Below, in pieces: positions 36,893-47,414 of a stretch of DNA of 56,266 nt. How positions within the stretch are numbered: position 1 is the stretch's first letter; each line of letters begins with the position of its first letter. Location: the NCBI GenBank assembly GCA_044222475.1, contig JBGANF010000043.1:1-56266 (forward strand), given 5' to 3'. Made by a program: the position numbers and the translations under genes. This stretch comes from Polyangiaceae bacterium. GTDB taxonomy: Bacteria; Myxococcota_A; Polyangia; Polyangiales; Polyangiaceae. The notes below the pieces were generated by a model. That model had not been told where the DNA came from, ran no database searches, and saw nothing but the letters and a program-made list of their open reading frames with translations.

Positions 36893-38851
36893 ATGAAGCG
36901 CTTGGCATTGGTGGTGGGGGCCGTCTTCTGCTTCGTCGACTGCAGCTCCGAGCCCGCACGGGTCGATCCCGTCGTCGCGCTCTATCAGCCCCAAGGCGAC
37001 AACCCAGTCTCCGCATACCCCTCCGACCGATTCACCATCGCCGACAAGACGACGCCGACGGGGCTCCGCGTCCACATCGACACGACCGCGACCGCCGATC
37101 CGTTCGTGACCCAGTTCCCAGCCACCGTCGACCAGCTCAACGCGCTCGACGGGTTCTCCACGGTCGGCGGCGCCTTCGCGAACTTCAGCGGCCCGCTCGA
37201 CGTGCGCGGCATCGCGATCGACAAGAAGGCCGACCCTCCCGACACGACGCCGCTGCGCGACGCGTCCGAGTACACCAAGGTCGGCTCGCCCCTCTACCTG
37301 ATCGACACCGATCCGAAGTCCCCCGAGAAGGGCACGCTCATCGGGCTCATCCCCAAGTACTGGGCGCAGGACAAGGACCCCGACTTCGCCACCGCCGAGT
37401 ACACGCTCCTCGCCCAGCCCGCGCGCCCCCTGCGACCGGGCACGCGCTACCTCTTCGTCGTCACGACCGCGCTCAAGGGCAAGAACGGCCTGCCGGTGAT
37501 GCGCTCGCCCGACACCGAGAAGATTTTCTTGAGCAGCGGCGCCTACGAGCGCTCGATCGTCGACGGGCTCGCAATCTTGAAGGACAAGACCGGGCTCGAC
37601 CAAGGCGGGGTGGCCCTCGCGACGTCGTTCACGACCGCGACTCCGACCTCCGAGCTCTTCGCGACGGCGAAGCGCGCTCGTACCAATCAGGTACCGACGC
37701 TCGTCGAGCCGTGGACGATCGAGAAGCCGCTCCAGTCCGACGGCCGGGTGCGCTTCAAGGGAAAGATCGACGTCCCCGAATACCGCGACCCGAAGGACGG
37801 CCGGTGGCACTTCGAGGCCGGTGTACCAAAAGAGTACGGCCGGGTCTCGCTCGAGGTGTTCCTCACCTTCGCCGACGGCAACAAGACCGGCCCGCGACCG
37901 ATCGTGATCTACCAACACGGCCTCGGGGGCGACAAAGACGGCACGTGGGGCACCACCGAGCGCCTCGCCGATCTCGGCTGCGCCGTCATCGGGATCGACG
38001 CGCCGGAGCACGGCTCGCGCGCTGCTGGCGGAAGCACCGACCCCTACTACTGGATCTCGGGGTTCCTCGGCGTCGAGCTCGCGGCGAAGACGTTCGACGT
38101 CGGCAAGGCGGCCGACAACTTCCGCGAGATGGCGTCCGACCAGCTCGAGCTCGTCCGCTTCTTCGGCGCGCAGAGCAAGCTCGATCTCCTGCCGGTCGGT
38201 GCGCCCGACGGCGTCCCCGATCTCGACGCATCGCGCTTCCTCTACATCGGTCACTCGTTCGGTTCGGTGCAGGGCGCGACCATCTTCGCGATCGCGCCGG
38301 AGATCACCCAGGCGGTGTGGAACGTCGGCGGTGCAGGGCTCACGGTGCTCCTCCGCGACTCGGGCCTCTTCAGCCTGGTCCTGAACGGCGTCCGCCCGCC
38401 CGGAACGACGGACGGCGCTCTCGGCCGGTTCTTCGCGATCATCCAGGCCATCGTCGACCCCGGTGATGCGGCCAACTACGCGAGGCACGCCGCGCTCGAG
38501 GCCCCGACCGGGCTCACCGGTTGGAAGGCGCGCGACGTGCTCATCCAGGAGTCCGTCCCCGACGGCATCGTGCCCAACTCGTCGACCGAGATCCTCGCGC
38601 GCGCCGCCGGCCTCGTGAACCAGAACGCGATCGCGAAGGTCAGCGGAATGCCTGGGCAATCCGGGCCGATCACCGGCAACCTCCCCGACGGCGCGACCGG
38701 CGTTCTCGCCCAGTTCGACAAGATCAACGGCGGCCAGGCCGCGAGCCACGGCGAGGTGATCTTCTCTCCCGAGGCCAAGAAGCAGTACGTCTCGTTCTTC
38801 CAGAGCGGCCTGAAAAGCGGCCACGCGACGGTGCCCCCCGCCTACCCCTGA
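36893..38851 (+). CDS. Lipoprotein alpha/beta-hydrolase (secreted lipase-like) with Ig-like N-terminal region
   Basis: MKRLALVVGAVFCFVDC signal; NALDGFS, IYQHGLGG, IDAPEHG, GHSFG and DGIVPN motifs. Confidence 0.8.
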   Translation: MKRLALVVGAVFCFVDCSSEPARVDPVVALYQPQGDNPVSAYPSDRFTIADKTTPTGLRVHIDTTATADPFVTQFPATVDQLNALDGFSTVGGAFANFSGPLDVRGIAIDKKADPPDTTPLRDASEYTKVGSPLYLIDTDPKSPEKGTLIGLIPKYWAQDKDPDFATAEYTLLAQPARPLRPGTRYLFVVTTALKGKNGLPVMRSPDTEKIFLSSGAYERSIVDGLAILKDKTGLDQGGVALATSFTTATPTSELFATAKRARTNQVPTLVEPWTIEKPLQSDGRVRFKGKIDVPEYRDPKDGRWHFEAGVPKEYGRVSLEVFLTFADGNKTGPRPIVIYQHGLGGDKDGTWGTTERLADLGCAVIGIDAPEHGSRAAGGSTDPYYWISGFLGVELAAKTFDVGKAADNFREMASDQLELVRFFGAQSKLDLLPVGAPDGVPDLDASRFLYIGHSFGSVQGATIFAIAPEITQAVWNVGGAGLTVLLRDSGLFSLVLNGVRPPGTTDGALGRFFAIIQAIVDPGDAANYARHAALEAPTGLTGWKARDVLIQESVPDGIVPNSSTEILARAAGLVNQNAIAKVSGMPGQSGPITGNLPDGATGVLAQFDKINGGQAASHGEVIFSPEAKKQYVSFFQSGLKSGHATVPPAYP

Positions 38852-38889
38852 ACGAGCATCCATGGCATTCTCCGCGCTGGAGGCGGGAA

Positions 38890-39951
38890 ATGCGCAGGAC
38901 TCGTTTGTTCATCGTGGGCTTCGGCGGGCTCCTCGGCGCGAGCGGGATCATCGCCGCGTGTGCGACGTCCACGGTGCAGCTCGACTTCGACGCCGGCGTC
39001 GATCAGGACACCGGCGTCACTCCGCCGAAGGACAGCGGCAGCGACGGACCCAAGACCGACGCGGGCTGCAACGCCGGCGAGACGAAGTGCGGTCCGAACT
39101 GCAAGAACCTCCAGACCGACCCGCAGAACTGCGGGACGTGCGGCACGCCGTGCCCGAACGGAAACGTCTGCGAGAACGGCACGTGCCACCTCGGCTGCTC
39201 TCCGCAGACGCGGTGCATCGTCAGCGACTCGGGTGCCGACTCCGGCATCGAGACGTGCGTCGACATCAAGACCAACGCCGGCCACTGCGGCGCGTGCAAC
39301 GCCGCGTGTCCGTCGGCGCAGTACTGCGATGCGGGCTCGTGCGACCTCGATTGCACCGACGCCGGCGTGAAGTGCGTCGTCCCCGATGCGGGGCTCACCT
39401 GCATCGACACGAAGACGAACATCAACCACTGCGGCGCCTGCAACGCGCCGTGCACCGGCGGCAAGGTCTGCGTCAACAGCGCGTGCATCACGCAGGTCGC
39501 GACGAACATCGCTCCGCTCGGCACGGTCACGATCAGCGGCGGCGGCAGCAGCGGCAACTACCTGCCGTCGCAGGCGAACAACGGCGTGAGCCAGATCACG
39601 AACTGCAACATGTTCGCGTGGATCTCGGCCGGCGGCGCCCCCGCGACGGACTGGATGCAGGTCGATTGGGGAGTGAACTCCCACATCGTCAACTCGGTCA
39701 CCGTCGACACGAACACGACCGGCACCGACTCGTGCGGCAACTCGGGCCGCGTCCTCGCGGGCGCACAGGTGCAGTACTGGAACGGCGCGACGTGGGTCAC
39801 GTCGGGCACCGTGAGCGCGCAGACCGGTGATTGGACCTACACGTTCCCCGCGCCGGTCACGACGACGAAGGTGCGGCTCTACGCGGTCTACGCGACGGGC
39901 GGCCAGGGCTCGAACCCGATCGTGTTCGAGCTGATCGTGAACGGGACGTGA
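38890..39951 (+). CDS. Cys-rich repeat lipoprotein with C-terminal discoidin/F5-8-like domain
   Basis: IIAAC lipobox; three C..D..NCGxC repeats; WMQVDW...VQYWNG...TTKVRL jelly-roll segment. Confidence 0.75.
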   Translation: MRRTRLFIVGFGGLLGASGIIAACATSTVQLDFDAGVDQDTGVTPPKDSGSDGPKTDAGCNAGETKCGPNCKNLQTDPQNCGTCGTPCPNGNVCENGTCHLGCSPQTRCIVSDSGADSGIETCVDIKTNAGHCGACNAACPSAQYCDAGSCDLDCTDAGVKCVVPDAGLTCIDTKTNINHCGACNAPCTGGKVCVNSACITQVATNIAPLGTVTISGGGSSGNYLPSQANNGVSQITNCNMFAWISAGGAPATDWMQVDWGVNSHIVNSVTVDTNTTGTDSCGNSGRVLAGAQVQYWNGATWVTSGTVSAQTGDWTYTFPAPVTTTKVRLYAVYATGGQGSNPIVFELIVNGT

Positions 39952-39957
39952 TCTGGG

Positions 39958-40539
39958 CTACGGCGAGTCCACGTTCGGCAGGTAGATCTGCGCGGAGTGC
40001 ACGAGCGTGTGCGGCTCGCTCGGGGTTTCCGTCACCGAGACGCAGTAGGTGACGAGCATCTTCGAGTTGACGAACTGGTACTTGATCGTCCCCGAGAAGC
40101 CTTGCGTGAAGTGCTCGACGGAGTTGCCGCTCGTGCACGTCGTCGTGGTCGGGTCGCATCCGAGATCGAGCTCGACGTTCGTGTCTTTGTTTCCCAGCAC
40201 GACCGGCGACGGACCGGCGCCGAACTGCTGCCAGCGGAGCGTGTACAGCGCGGCGTGCTGAGCCGTCGAGAACGTGACCGCCGCCGCGTTGCAGCAGTTC
40301 ATGATGATGGCCTTTCCGCTCACCTTCATGACGGGGTTGTCCTTCCCGTTCTCGAGCATCTTGGGCGTGTCGCCCTGACAGAAGGAGCTGGGCGGCCCCG
40401 AATCGACGACGACGCCGCCGTCGACCGGCGCAGCGGAATCGTTCTGGGCTCCGGCGTCGGCGCCGGTGCCGGCGTCGGTGGTCGCGATCGAGCCTCCGCA
40501 GGCCGAGAGAAGGAGAAGGAGGCCGACCTTGCGCATCAC
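39958..40539 (-). CDS. Lipoprotein, hypothetical
   Basis: LLLLSAC lipobox and DAG linker; overlaps the lgt stop. Confidence 0.7.
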   Translation of the reverse strand: MMRKVGLLLLLSACGGSIATTDAGTGADAGAQNDSAAPVDGGVVVDSGPPSSFCQGDTPKMLENGKDNPVMKVSGKAIIMNCCNAAAVTFSTAQHAALYTLRWQQFGAGPSPVVLGNKDTNVELDLGCDPTTTTCTSGNSVEHFTQGFSGTIKYQFVNSKMLVTYCVSVTETPSEPHTLVHSAQIYLPNVDSP

Positions 40540-42242
40540 GCCTTGCTCGGCTCGCCGTCTTCGTCGTCGTCTTCTTCCTCGTCTTCGTCGTCTTTCTTCG
40601 ACTTCGCGGGGACGGGCGACTCGTCTTCGTCCTCCTCGTCCTCGTCGTCTTCTTCGTCGTCCTCGTCCTCGTCCTCGTCGTCTTCGACCTTGGACTTCAC
40701 GGCCGGAGCGGGCTCGGTCTCGGCGTCGTCGTCGACTTCATCCTCGTCCTCGTCCTCGTCTTCGTCTTCGTCCTCGTCCTCGTCTTCGTCGTCTTCGACG
40801 TCGGCCGGAACCGGCACGGGCTTCTTCTTCGCGGCGACGACCGGCTTGCCCTTGGCTGCAGCGGCGCCCTTCTTCTTCGGACGCTCCTCTTCCTCGTCGT
40901 CGTCCTCGCGCTTCTTCTTCTTCCGCTTCGCCTCTTCCTTCAGCGCGCGGTCGGACAGGTCGACGACCGACATCGCCGCCTTCGGGTTCTTCCGCGCCTC
41001 TTCCCAGAGCTTCGCGTAGAAGTACGCCACCGCCAGCGCGCTCAGGAGACCGATGAACTGGCTCGTCGAGAGGTTGTACGGATCCGACTCGAACTGCTTC
41101 GTGCGGAGGACCCACAGCGCGATCGGCACCGGGATGAACGCCGCCGCGCGCGCGATCATGCGGTTGCGCGGATCGGGGATCGACAGCGACGGCCCGAACG
41201 TGAACGCCGCCGCGAACAGGAACAGCCCGAAGCCCACGAGCAGGTACTTGTCCATGCGCGGCGCGACGTCACCGCGCTCGGCGTCGTCGCGCCAGAGCTC
41301 GAGGATGAAGCGGAGGAACCCGTACGCGAAGGCGAACAGGAAGAAGATCTGCCCGCGGAACTTCTGGTGCCGGCGCGCCCAGATGAGGAACGCGAAGAGC
41401 CCGAGGCCGATCAAGGCCTCGTAGAGCTGCGTCGGGTGGACGGGCAGCGAGTGATCGCCGGGGTCGACGCAGTTGAGCTCTCCGTTCGAACGGCAGCTCT
41501 GGTACTGCGCGAGGTGGTGAGCGAACGCGGGCGAGCCGATGATCGGGTTGCCCTTGTCGTCGTAGCCGAGCGTCCCGTCCGTGAGGTGCGGGAACGTGCC
41601 GATCTTCTGGAGCCAGCCCGGCGCGTTCGGCCCGAGGCGCGTGCCGAAGTCGCACCCGAAGAGGTAGCAGCCGATGCGGGTGATCATGAGACCGCTCGCG
41701 AGGCTCGGCACGGCGACGTCGGCCCAAGGCAAGAGGCGCACGCCCTTGGCGCGGAGGTAGGCCCAGCTCCCGAGGAACCCGCCGAGGAACCCGCCGTACG
41801 CGACGAGGCCGCCGCGGCGGAGCGCGAACCAGTCGCCGATGCCGTCGAACTGGGACGGGTTCGTGACGATGTACAAGAGGCGCGATCCGACCAGCGCGGC
41901 GAGCGCGGTGATGACGTAGCAGTTGGCCATCGTCTCGCGATCGAGGCCGTCTTTCTCGGCCAGCGGGAGGGTGATGTACCAACCGGCGACGAGGGACGCG
42001 CCGAGCATCACGCCGTACGAGTAGATCGGGATGTTCTCCGCCTTGAACTCGGTCGCGCGGAAGTAATAGGCGCCGAACCCGGCGGCGGCGGCGATGACGA
42101 GACCAGTCATCGCGTCGCTCTTCTCGTTGCGGCGACGCGACCACAGACCGTAGATCGCGGAGATCGCGGCGACCGCGACGAGCGCCCACCACAACTTCAG
42201 TGGCCGGTTCGGCAGCGGGATGCGAAAGAGGATCGGATGCAT
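40536..42242 (-). CDS. lgt: Prolipoprotein diacylglyceryl transferase, extended, with acidic C-terminal tail
   Basis: MHPILF, IYSYGVM, GSRLLY, GGLVAYGG, RIGCYLFGCDFG, HPTQLYE and STSQFI motifs. Confidence 0.9.
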   Translation of the reverse strand: MHPILFRIPLPNRPLKLWWALVAVAAISAIYGLWSRRRNEKSDAMTGLVIAAAAGFGAYYFRATEFKAENIPIYSYGVMLGASLVAGWYITLPLAEKDGLDRETMANCYVITALAALVGSRLLYIVTNPSQFDGIGDWFALRRGGLVAYGGFLGGFLGSWAYLRAKGVRLLPWADVAVPSLASGLMITRIGCYLFGCDFGTRLGPNAPGWLQKIGTFPHLTDGTLGYDDKGNPIIGSPAFAHHLAQYQSCRSNGELNCVDPGDHSLPVHPTQLYEALIGLGLFAFLIWARRHQKFRGQIFFLFAFAYGFLRFILELWRDDAERGDVAPRMDKYLLVGFGLFLFAAAFTFGPSLSIPDPRNRMIARAAAFIPVPIALWVLRTKQFESDPYNLSTSQFIGLLSALAVAYFYAKLWEEARKNPKAAMSVVDLSDRALKEEAKRKKKKREDDDEEEERPKKKGAAAAKGKPVVAAKKKPVPVPADVEDDEDEDEDEDEDEDEDEDEVDDDAETEPAPAVKSKVEDDEDEDEDDEEDDEDEEDEDESPVPAKSKKDDEDEEEDDDEDGEPSKA

Positions 42243-42346
42243 GACGGGTGCGTTTTTACCCGAAACCCAGCGCACCTGCATGGGTCTTTGGGGAGGGCCG
42301 CGCCTTCGGCTCCGCGAGCGTCGCTTTTGCGTGCTAAAGCTGGCGC

Positions 42347-43213
42347 ATGCGCCGCGTTTGGTCACTTCTCGTGCTCGCGGCCTGCATCCCGGCGGGGAAT
42401 AGTGTCCCGTCGGAGGCGGGCCCGGGAACCAGCCCCACGCCGGTCTCGACGATCCGGCCTTCGATCGGCGTGATGCCGATGGCCTTCGAGGACAACTTCG
42501 AACGCGCGCCGACGCCGATGCCGTCGGCGACCGTGATCCTCCCGACGCCGCTCGTCTTCGCCGGCGACGGCGGCGCCCCGAGCGGGCCCGACGCTGCGCG
42601 CGGCGACGCGACCCCGGGCGCTGCGCCGACGGCGTCGATCGCGATCGCACCCCCGGACGACCTCGGTCCCAACTGGCGCCAAGCGCAGACGAACGTCTGG
42701 CACATCGAGAACGGTCGCCTCTGCGGCAAGAACGCGCACAACCACGGCGTGTGGCTCCAGCGGGTGCTCCCGGTCAACGCCCGCATCGAGTTCGACGCCA
42801 TCAGCGACTCGCCCGATGGCGACCTCAAGGCCGAGGTCTGGGGCGACGGCCAATCCGCGGCGACGGGCCAGTCCTACACCGACGCGACCAGCTACCTCAC
42901 GATCTTCGGCGGCTGGCACAACAAGTACCACGTGCTCGCCCGCATCAACGAGCACGGGTCCGATCGCCAAGAGATCCTCATCGATCCGAAGAGCGACGAC
43001 CCTCGCGAGCGGCCCGCCGTGAAGGGCCAGTCCTATCACTTCAAGATCGAGCGCACCGACGGTCGAACGGTGCGCTGGTTCGTGGACGGGATAGAATGGC
43101 TGAAGTACGCGGATGCCGAGCCGTTGGTGGGGTTCGGGCATGACCATTTCGGCTTCAACGATTGGGAAGTGAAGGTCTGCTTCGACAACGTGAAGGTCAC
43201 GCCTCTCCCGTAA
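42347..43213 (+). CDS. Lipoprotein with ConA/jelly-roll-like domain
   Basis: LVLAAC lipobox; FEDNFER, FGGWHN, YHFKIER and CFDNVKV motifs. Confidence 0.7.
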   Translation: MRRVWSLLVLAACIPAGNSVPSEAGPGTSPTPVSTIRPSIGVMPMAFEDNFERAPTPMPSATVILPTPLVFAGDGGAPSGPDAARGDATPGAAPTASIAIAPPDDLGPNWRQAQTNVWHIENGRLCGKNAHNHGVWLQRVLPVNARIEFDAISDSPDGDLKAEVWGDGQSAATGQSYTDATSYLTIFGGWHNKYHVLARINEHGSDRQEILIDPKSDDPRERPAVKGQSYHFKIERTDGRTVRWFVDGIEWLKYADAEPLVGFGHDHFGFNDWEVKVCFDNVKVTPLP

Positions 43214-43228
43214 GTCACACGAGGTCCT

Positions 43229-44212
43229 TTGGAGCAGTCGGAGATCGAGATCCTCGTCAACGAGCTCGAGACGCGCACGGAACGGCTGCGCTCGCTCTAC
43301 GACCAGTATTTCATGGGCATCGAGCGCATGCCGCCGGCGGTTCCGCACAAGGACGTGGAGCGCCGCATTCAGACGCTGCGGCGCGAGCAGATTCGGAACA
43401 CCGGCCTCCGCTTCAAGTTCCAGATGATCCTGCAGCGGTACAACACGTACCAAAGCTATTGGCTCCGGATCAGTCGACAGATTGAAGACGGCACGTACAA
43501 GCGCGACGTCATCCGGGCGAAGCGCAAGGCGGCCGAACGCGAGGCTCGCGAGAGTTTGGCACCGGCGTCGGTCGACATCACCCAGGACCTGGACGAGCTC
43601 GAGGAGGTGCTCGAGGACGAGGCGCCCACGAACGTCCTCCCGGTCGCGCCCGCTGCGAAGCCGGCCCCGCCACCTCCGGTACCCAAGCCGGCAACCGCCG
43701 CGAAGCCAGCCGTCCCGGTTCCGCCACCGTCGGCGCCGGCCGTCGTGGCCCGCCCGGTAGCGCTCCCCTCGGCGGGTGGGGCGCGACCGCAGTGGAAGAA
43801 GGTCTCGGCGCCGACTGCCGGGGTGTCGATCCCGATCGCGGAGCCGGCGAAGCAGGGTCCCCTCCCCGCCAAGGCCGATCCGCCCAAGGCCGAGCCGAAA
43901 CCCGAGCCGGAGAAGCCGGCGGCGGCCGCGGCCGCGAAGCCGAGGCCCGCGAGGCCAGAGCCGCCCAAGCCGCGCGCCCCGCTCGGCCCGGACGACCTAT
44001 CGGACGCGCGCGTGCGCCAGATCTACGCCGAGTACGTGCGGACGAAGCGCTCGCAGAACGAGTCCACGGCCTCGCTCAACTACGAGACCATGGCGAAATC
44101 GATCCGCGATTCCTCGGAGAAGCTCCGCGAGAAACACGGCGGCAAGAAGGTCGACTTCGAGGTCCAGGTGAAGGACGGGAAGACGATCCTGAAGCCGGTG
44201 GTGAAGGGCTGA
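43229..44212 (+). CDS. MXAN_5187 C-terminal-domain-like protein
   Basis: LRSLYDQYFMGIERMPP...YWLRISRQIEDGTY N-terminal domain, Pro/Ala linker, C-terminal VDFEVQVKDGKTILK. Confidence 0.75.
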   Translation: MEQSEIEILVNELETRTERLRSLYDQYFMGIERMPPAVPHKDVERRIQTLRREQIRNTGLRFKFQMILQRYNTYQSYWLRISRQIEDGTYKRDVIRAKRKAAEREARESLAPASVDITQDLDELEEVLEDEAPTNVLPVAPAAKPAPPPPVPKPATAAKPAVPVPPPSAPAVVARPVALPSAGGARPQWKKVSAPTAGVSIPIAEPAKQGPLPAKADPPKAEPKPEPEKPAAAAAAKPRPARPEPPKPRAPLGPDDLSDARVRQIYAEYVRTKRSQNESTASLNYETMAKSIRDSSEKLREKHGGKKVDFEVQVKDGKTILKPVVKG

Positions 44213-44216
44213 GCCC

Positions 44217-44456
44217 TCAGTGCGTGCGACGGGAGACGGGCTCGTCTTCGTCGCCGCAGAACACGATGGCGCAGTGGCTCATCGCGCTGTCTTGGATGCG
44301 AGCGCAGAGCTCGACCAGATCCTCGTCGGAGTCGACCACGCTGCCCTCGATGGGCTGGACGGTCCGGCCGTCGTACCGGCAATCGTCGAGAGCGACCCAG
44401 CGCCCTCGGAAGTCATGGTGCTCGCGAATCTGACCCCAGCTCAAACGACTACCCAT
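44217..44456 (-). CDS. Small conserved-looking hypothetical protein (DUF5678-like)
   Basis: FRGRWVAL...VVDSDEDLVELCARI pattern; GAGG upstream. Confidence 0.6.
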   Translation of the reverse strand: MGSRLSWGQIREHHDFRGRWVALDDCRYDGRTVQPIEGSVVDSDEDLVELCARIQDSAMSHCAIVFCGDEDEPVSRRTH

Positions 44457-44633
44457 TCAGTAAATGACCTCTTCCCCCCGAGCTCCAGCACGCGTACGCC
44501 CGAAACTCTCGGTACGACACGGTCCCGTTTGGAGCCGAAACTCCGCCCGGAACGTCCCCCTCCTACCTCCTCTTCGACCGCGCGGTCAAGAAACCGGGGC
44601 CGCCGAACACTGAACGCCCGCTACGTCCTTCCC

Positions 44634-47393
44634 ATGCGAGTCTCCTCCAAAGTACCGTTATTGTTGACGATCCTCGCGTGCGGTGCGCCCGCCCTGCCGA
44701 TGGTGCCTCCGCTGGGAGGACCGATTCCCGCGGAGCCGGTCGCGGTCCCCACCTCGCCACCGCCGCTGCGGAAGAGCCAAGCGGTCCTGCTGGCGACCGG
44801 CGACCTCCTCACGGTGGACGCGGCGCCGGGATCGACGGTGACGGCGCTCGAGCCCGGTGACGTCCCCGGCGTGCGCGACGGCTTCGCGGTGTCGATCGCG
44901 CAGGACGGTCGGGGTGGGCTCGCGGTTCTGACGTCGGGGTACAACCGCGGGAACACCGGGAAGCGCGCCGAGCACGTCTACCTCTACGACGTCGCGCACG
45001 GCGCGCCGCTGAAGCAGCAGGTCCTGGCGCTCCCGAACGCGTTCTGGGGGCTCGCCTTCGGGCCGGGCGACGCGATGTCGATCAGCGGCGGCCCCGACGA
45101 CGCGGTCGTCGGCTTCGTCCGCGGCGCGGATGGGGTCTTCCAACCAGGCGGGGTGACGAAGCTCGGGCACAAGACCGGGCTCGGGATCGGCCAGAGCCCT
45201 TACGCGGCCGGGCTGGCGGTGACGCCGGCGGGGCAGGTCGTCGTCGCGAACCACGAGAGCGACTCCGTGTCGGTCGTGGTCGGGGGCGAGGTCGTCGCCG
45301 AGATCGACCTCCGTCCCGCGGGGACGAAGCCGGGGGGAGACTTTCCCGCCGGCGTGCTCGCCATCGGCGATCGGGCCTACGTGACGGCCCAACGCACCGG
45401 GGAGGTCGTCGAGGTCGCGATCGCCGAGCGCAAAGTCACGCGGCGCGTGGCGGTCGGAGCGCAGCCGACGAAGCTCGTCGCGACCCGCGACGGCTCGACG
45501 ATCTTCGTCGCGAACGCCGGTGGCGACAGCGTGAGCGTCGTCGATCGAGCGACGCTGGCCGTCACCGAGACGATCGACGTGTTCCCCCAGACCGAGGCGG
45601 TTCCGAAGGGCGCGCGTCACGGCGCGAACCCGAACGCCGTCGCGTTGTCGGCGGACGAGAAGGTGCTGCTCGTGAGCGAGGGCGGGCTGAACTCCATCGC
45701 GATCGTCGAGCGGGGCGCCGGCGACGCGCCGTCGCGAGTCCTCGGCTTCGTCCCGACCGGGTTCTACCCGAACGACGTGGCCGCGTACGGCGACTGGATC
45801 TACGTCGCCTACGGCAAGAGCACGACCGGACCGAACATCGGGGGGCCCCGTGCCTCGAAGCCGCCCGAGTTCGGGCCGACCGGCGCCGATGCGTTCTCCC
45901 TGTCGATGCTTCACGGCGGGCTGCACGCGTTCCCGCGTCCGAGCGGGCCGGTCCTCGACGCGCTCACCCGCCAGGTGCTCGAGAACGCGCACCTCGCGAG
46001 CGCGCCGGTCGTGCCCCCGGTGTTCGAAGCGCTTCGCGGCAAGGTGAAGCACGTCGTCTTCGTCATCGGAGAGAACCGCACGTACGACCAGGTGCTCGGC
46101 GACGTGGCCGGCGCCGACGGTGATCCCACTTTGGTACATTGGGGTGAGCCCCTGTCACCGAACCAGCACGCGCTCGCTCGCGAGTTCGTCACGCTCGACC
46201 GCTTCTTCGCGAGCGGCGGAGTCTCCGGCGACGGTTGGCAGTGGACGGTGGCGGGGCGCTCGACCGATCCGACCGAGAAGGAGGTGCCGATGGCGTACGC
46301 GAACCGCGGCCAGCACACCTACGACTGGGAAGGGTCGAACCGCGGCATCAACGTGGGGTTGCCCACCGTCGCGGCGCGGCAAGCGTGGAACCCGAAGACG
46401 CCGGCGGATCCGCGGCTGCTCCCCGGCGTCAGCGACGTGGCGGCGCCGCATCAGGATGCGCCGTTCCTGTGGGACGTGGCGCGCGCGGCCGGGCTGACGG
46501 TGCGGAACTACGGCTGCTTCGCCGAGGATTTTCGGTACGGGCTCAAGGCCAATGACCCAGCGTTGGTCCCGCTCACCCGCGATCCGGCGCGGACGAAGCA
46601 GCGCGTCGCGTTTCCGACCGCGCCGGGGTTGATCGCCGCGACCGACCCGTACTTTCGCGGCTTCGACATGGCCTTCCCCGACACGTGGCGCGTCGAGGAG
46701 TGGCTGCGCGAGTTCGCCGATCAGACGAAGGCCGGCACGTTCCCGGGGCTCACGATGGTGCGGCTGCCTCACGATCATTTCGGGAGCTTCAAGAGCGCGG
46801 TGGCCGGGCTCGACACGCCCGACACGCAGATGGCCGACCACGACTGGGCCGTGGGAACGATCGTCGAGCGGATCGCGAAGAGCCCATTTTGGGACGACAC
46901 GGTGATCGTCGTCGTCGAGGACGACGCGCAGGACGGCGCCGACCACGTCGACTCGCATCGGAGCCTCCTGTATTTCGCCGGCGGCCACGTCGCGCGCGGA
47001 GCGGTCGTCCACGCGAGCTACGCGACGCCGAGCGTGCTGCGCACGATCGAGCTCCTGCTCGGGCTCGCGCCGCTGGGCCGCAACGACGCGGTCGCGCCGG
47101 CCATCGCCGAGGCGTTCACCGAGGCGTCGTCGCCCGGCACGTTCCGCGCGGCGGTGCCGGCGGTGCTGCGGAAGACGAAGCTCGATCTGCCCGCGCCGGC
47201 CCCCGGCGAGACGGCCGCGCAGGCGCGCGGCGACGCCGACTTCTGGGAAGCGCGCACCGCCGGGATGGACTTCAGCCACGAAGACCGCGTGCCGTCGGCG
47301 GCGTTCAACGAAGCGCTCTACTGCGCGCTCGTGGCGCCGGTCGGCTGCAAGACGGTGGCCCCCGCGCTCGCGCGGGCGGACGACGACGACTGA
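44634..47393 (+). CDS. Lipoprotein: YVTN/YncE beta-propeller fused to an alkaline phosphatase-superfamily phosphoesterase
   Basis: ILAC lipobox; YVTA/FVAN repeats; HVVFVIGENRTYDQVLGD, PHDH and EDDAQDGADHVDSHRS motifs. Confidence 0.85.
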   Translation: MRVSSKVPLLLTILACGAPALPMVPPLGGPIPAEPVAVPTSPPPLRKSQAVLLATGDLLTVDAAPGSTVTALEPGDVPGVRDGFAVSIAQDGRGGLAVLTSGYNRGNTGKRAEHVYLYDVAHGAPLKQQVLALPNAFWGLAFGPGDAMSISGGPDDAVVGFVRGADGVFQPGGVTKLGHKTGLGIGQSPYAAGLAVTPAGQVVVANHESDSVSVVVGGEVVAEIDLRPAGTKPGGDFPAGVLAIGDRAYVTAQRTGEVVEVAIAERKVTRRVAVGAQPTKLVATRDGSTIFVANAGGDSVSVVDRATLAVTETIDVFPQTEAVPKGARHGANPNAVALSADEKVLLVSEGGLNSIAIVERGAGDAPSRVLGFVPTGFYPNDVAAYGDWIYVAYGKSTTGPNIGGPRASKPPEFGPTGADAFSLSMLHGGLHAFPRPSGPVLDALTRQVLENAHLASAPVVPPVFEALRGKVKHVVFVIGENRTYDQVLGDVAGADGDPTLVHWGEPLSPNQHALAREFVTLDRFFASGGVSGDGWQWTVAGRSTDPTEKEVPMAYANRGQHTYDWEGSNRGINVGLPTVAARQAWNPKTPADPRLLPGVSDVAAPHQDAPFLWDVARAAGLTVRNYGCFAEDFRYGLKANDPALVPLTRDPARTKQRVAFPTAPGLIAATDPYFRGFDMAFPDTWRVEEWLREFADQTKAGTFPGLTMVRLPHDHFGSFKSAVAGLDTPDTQMADHDWAVGTIVERIAKSPFWDDTVIVVVEDDAQDGADHVDSHRSLLYFAGGHVARGAVVHASYATPSVLRTIELLLGLAPLGRNDAVAPAIAEAFTEASSPGTFRAAVPAVLRKTKLDLPAPAPGETAAQARGDADFWEARTAGMDFSHEDRVPSAAFNEALYCALVAPVGCKTVAPALARADDDD

Positions 47394-47414
47394 TTGAGTG
47401 CTATTCTACCGAGC

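Noticed and set aside
40560..40800. (TCGTCC/TCGTCT)n repeat tract as a CRISPR or non-coding repeat
   Set aside because: It encodes the Asp/Glu tail of Lgt. There is no repeat-spacer structure and no cas gene.
44457..44633. Possible second sigma54 promoter or sRNA in this intergenic region
   Set aside because: Only a weak GG-N10-GC match on the minus strand, without TGGCAC, and no hairpin followed by a U-tract.
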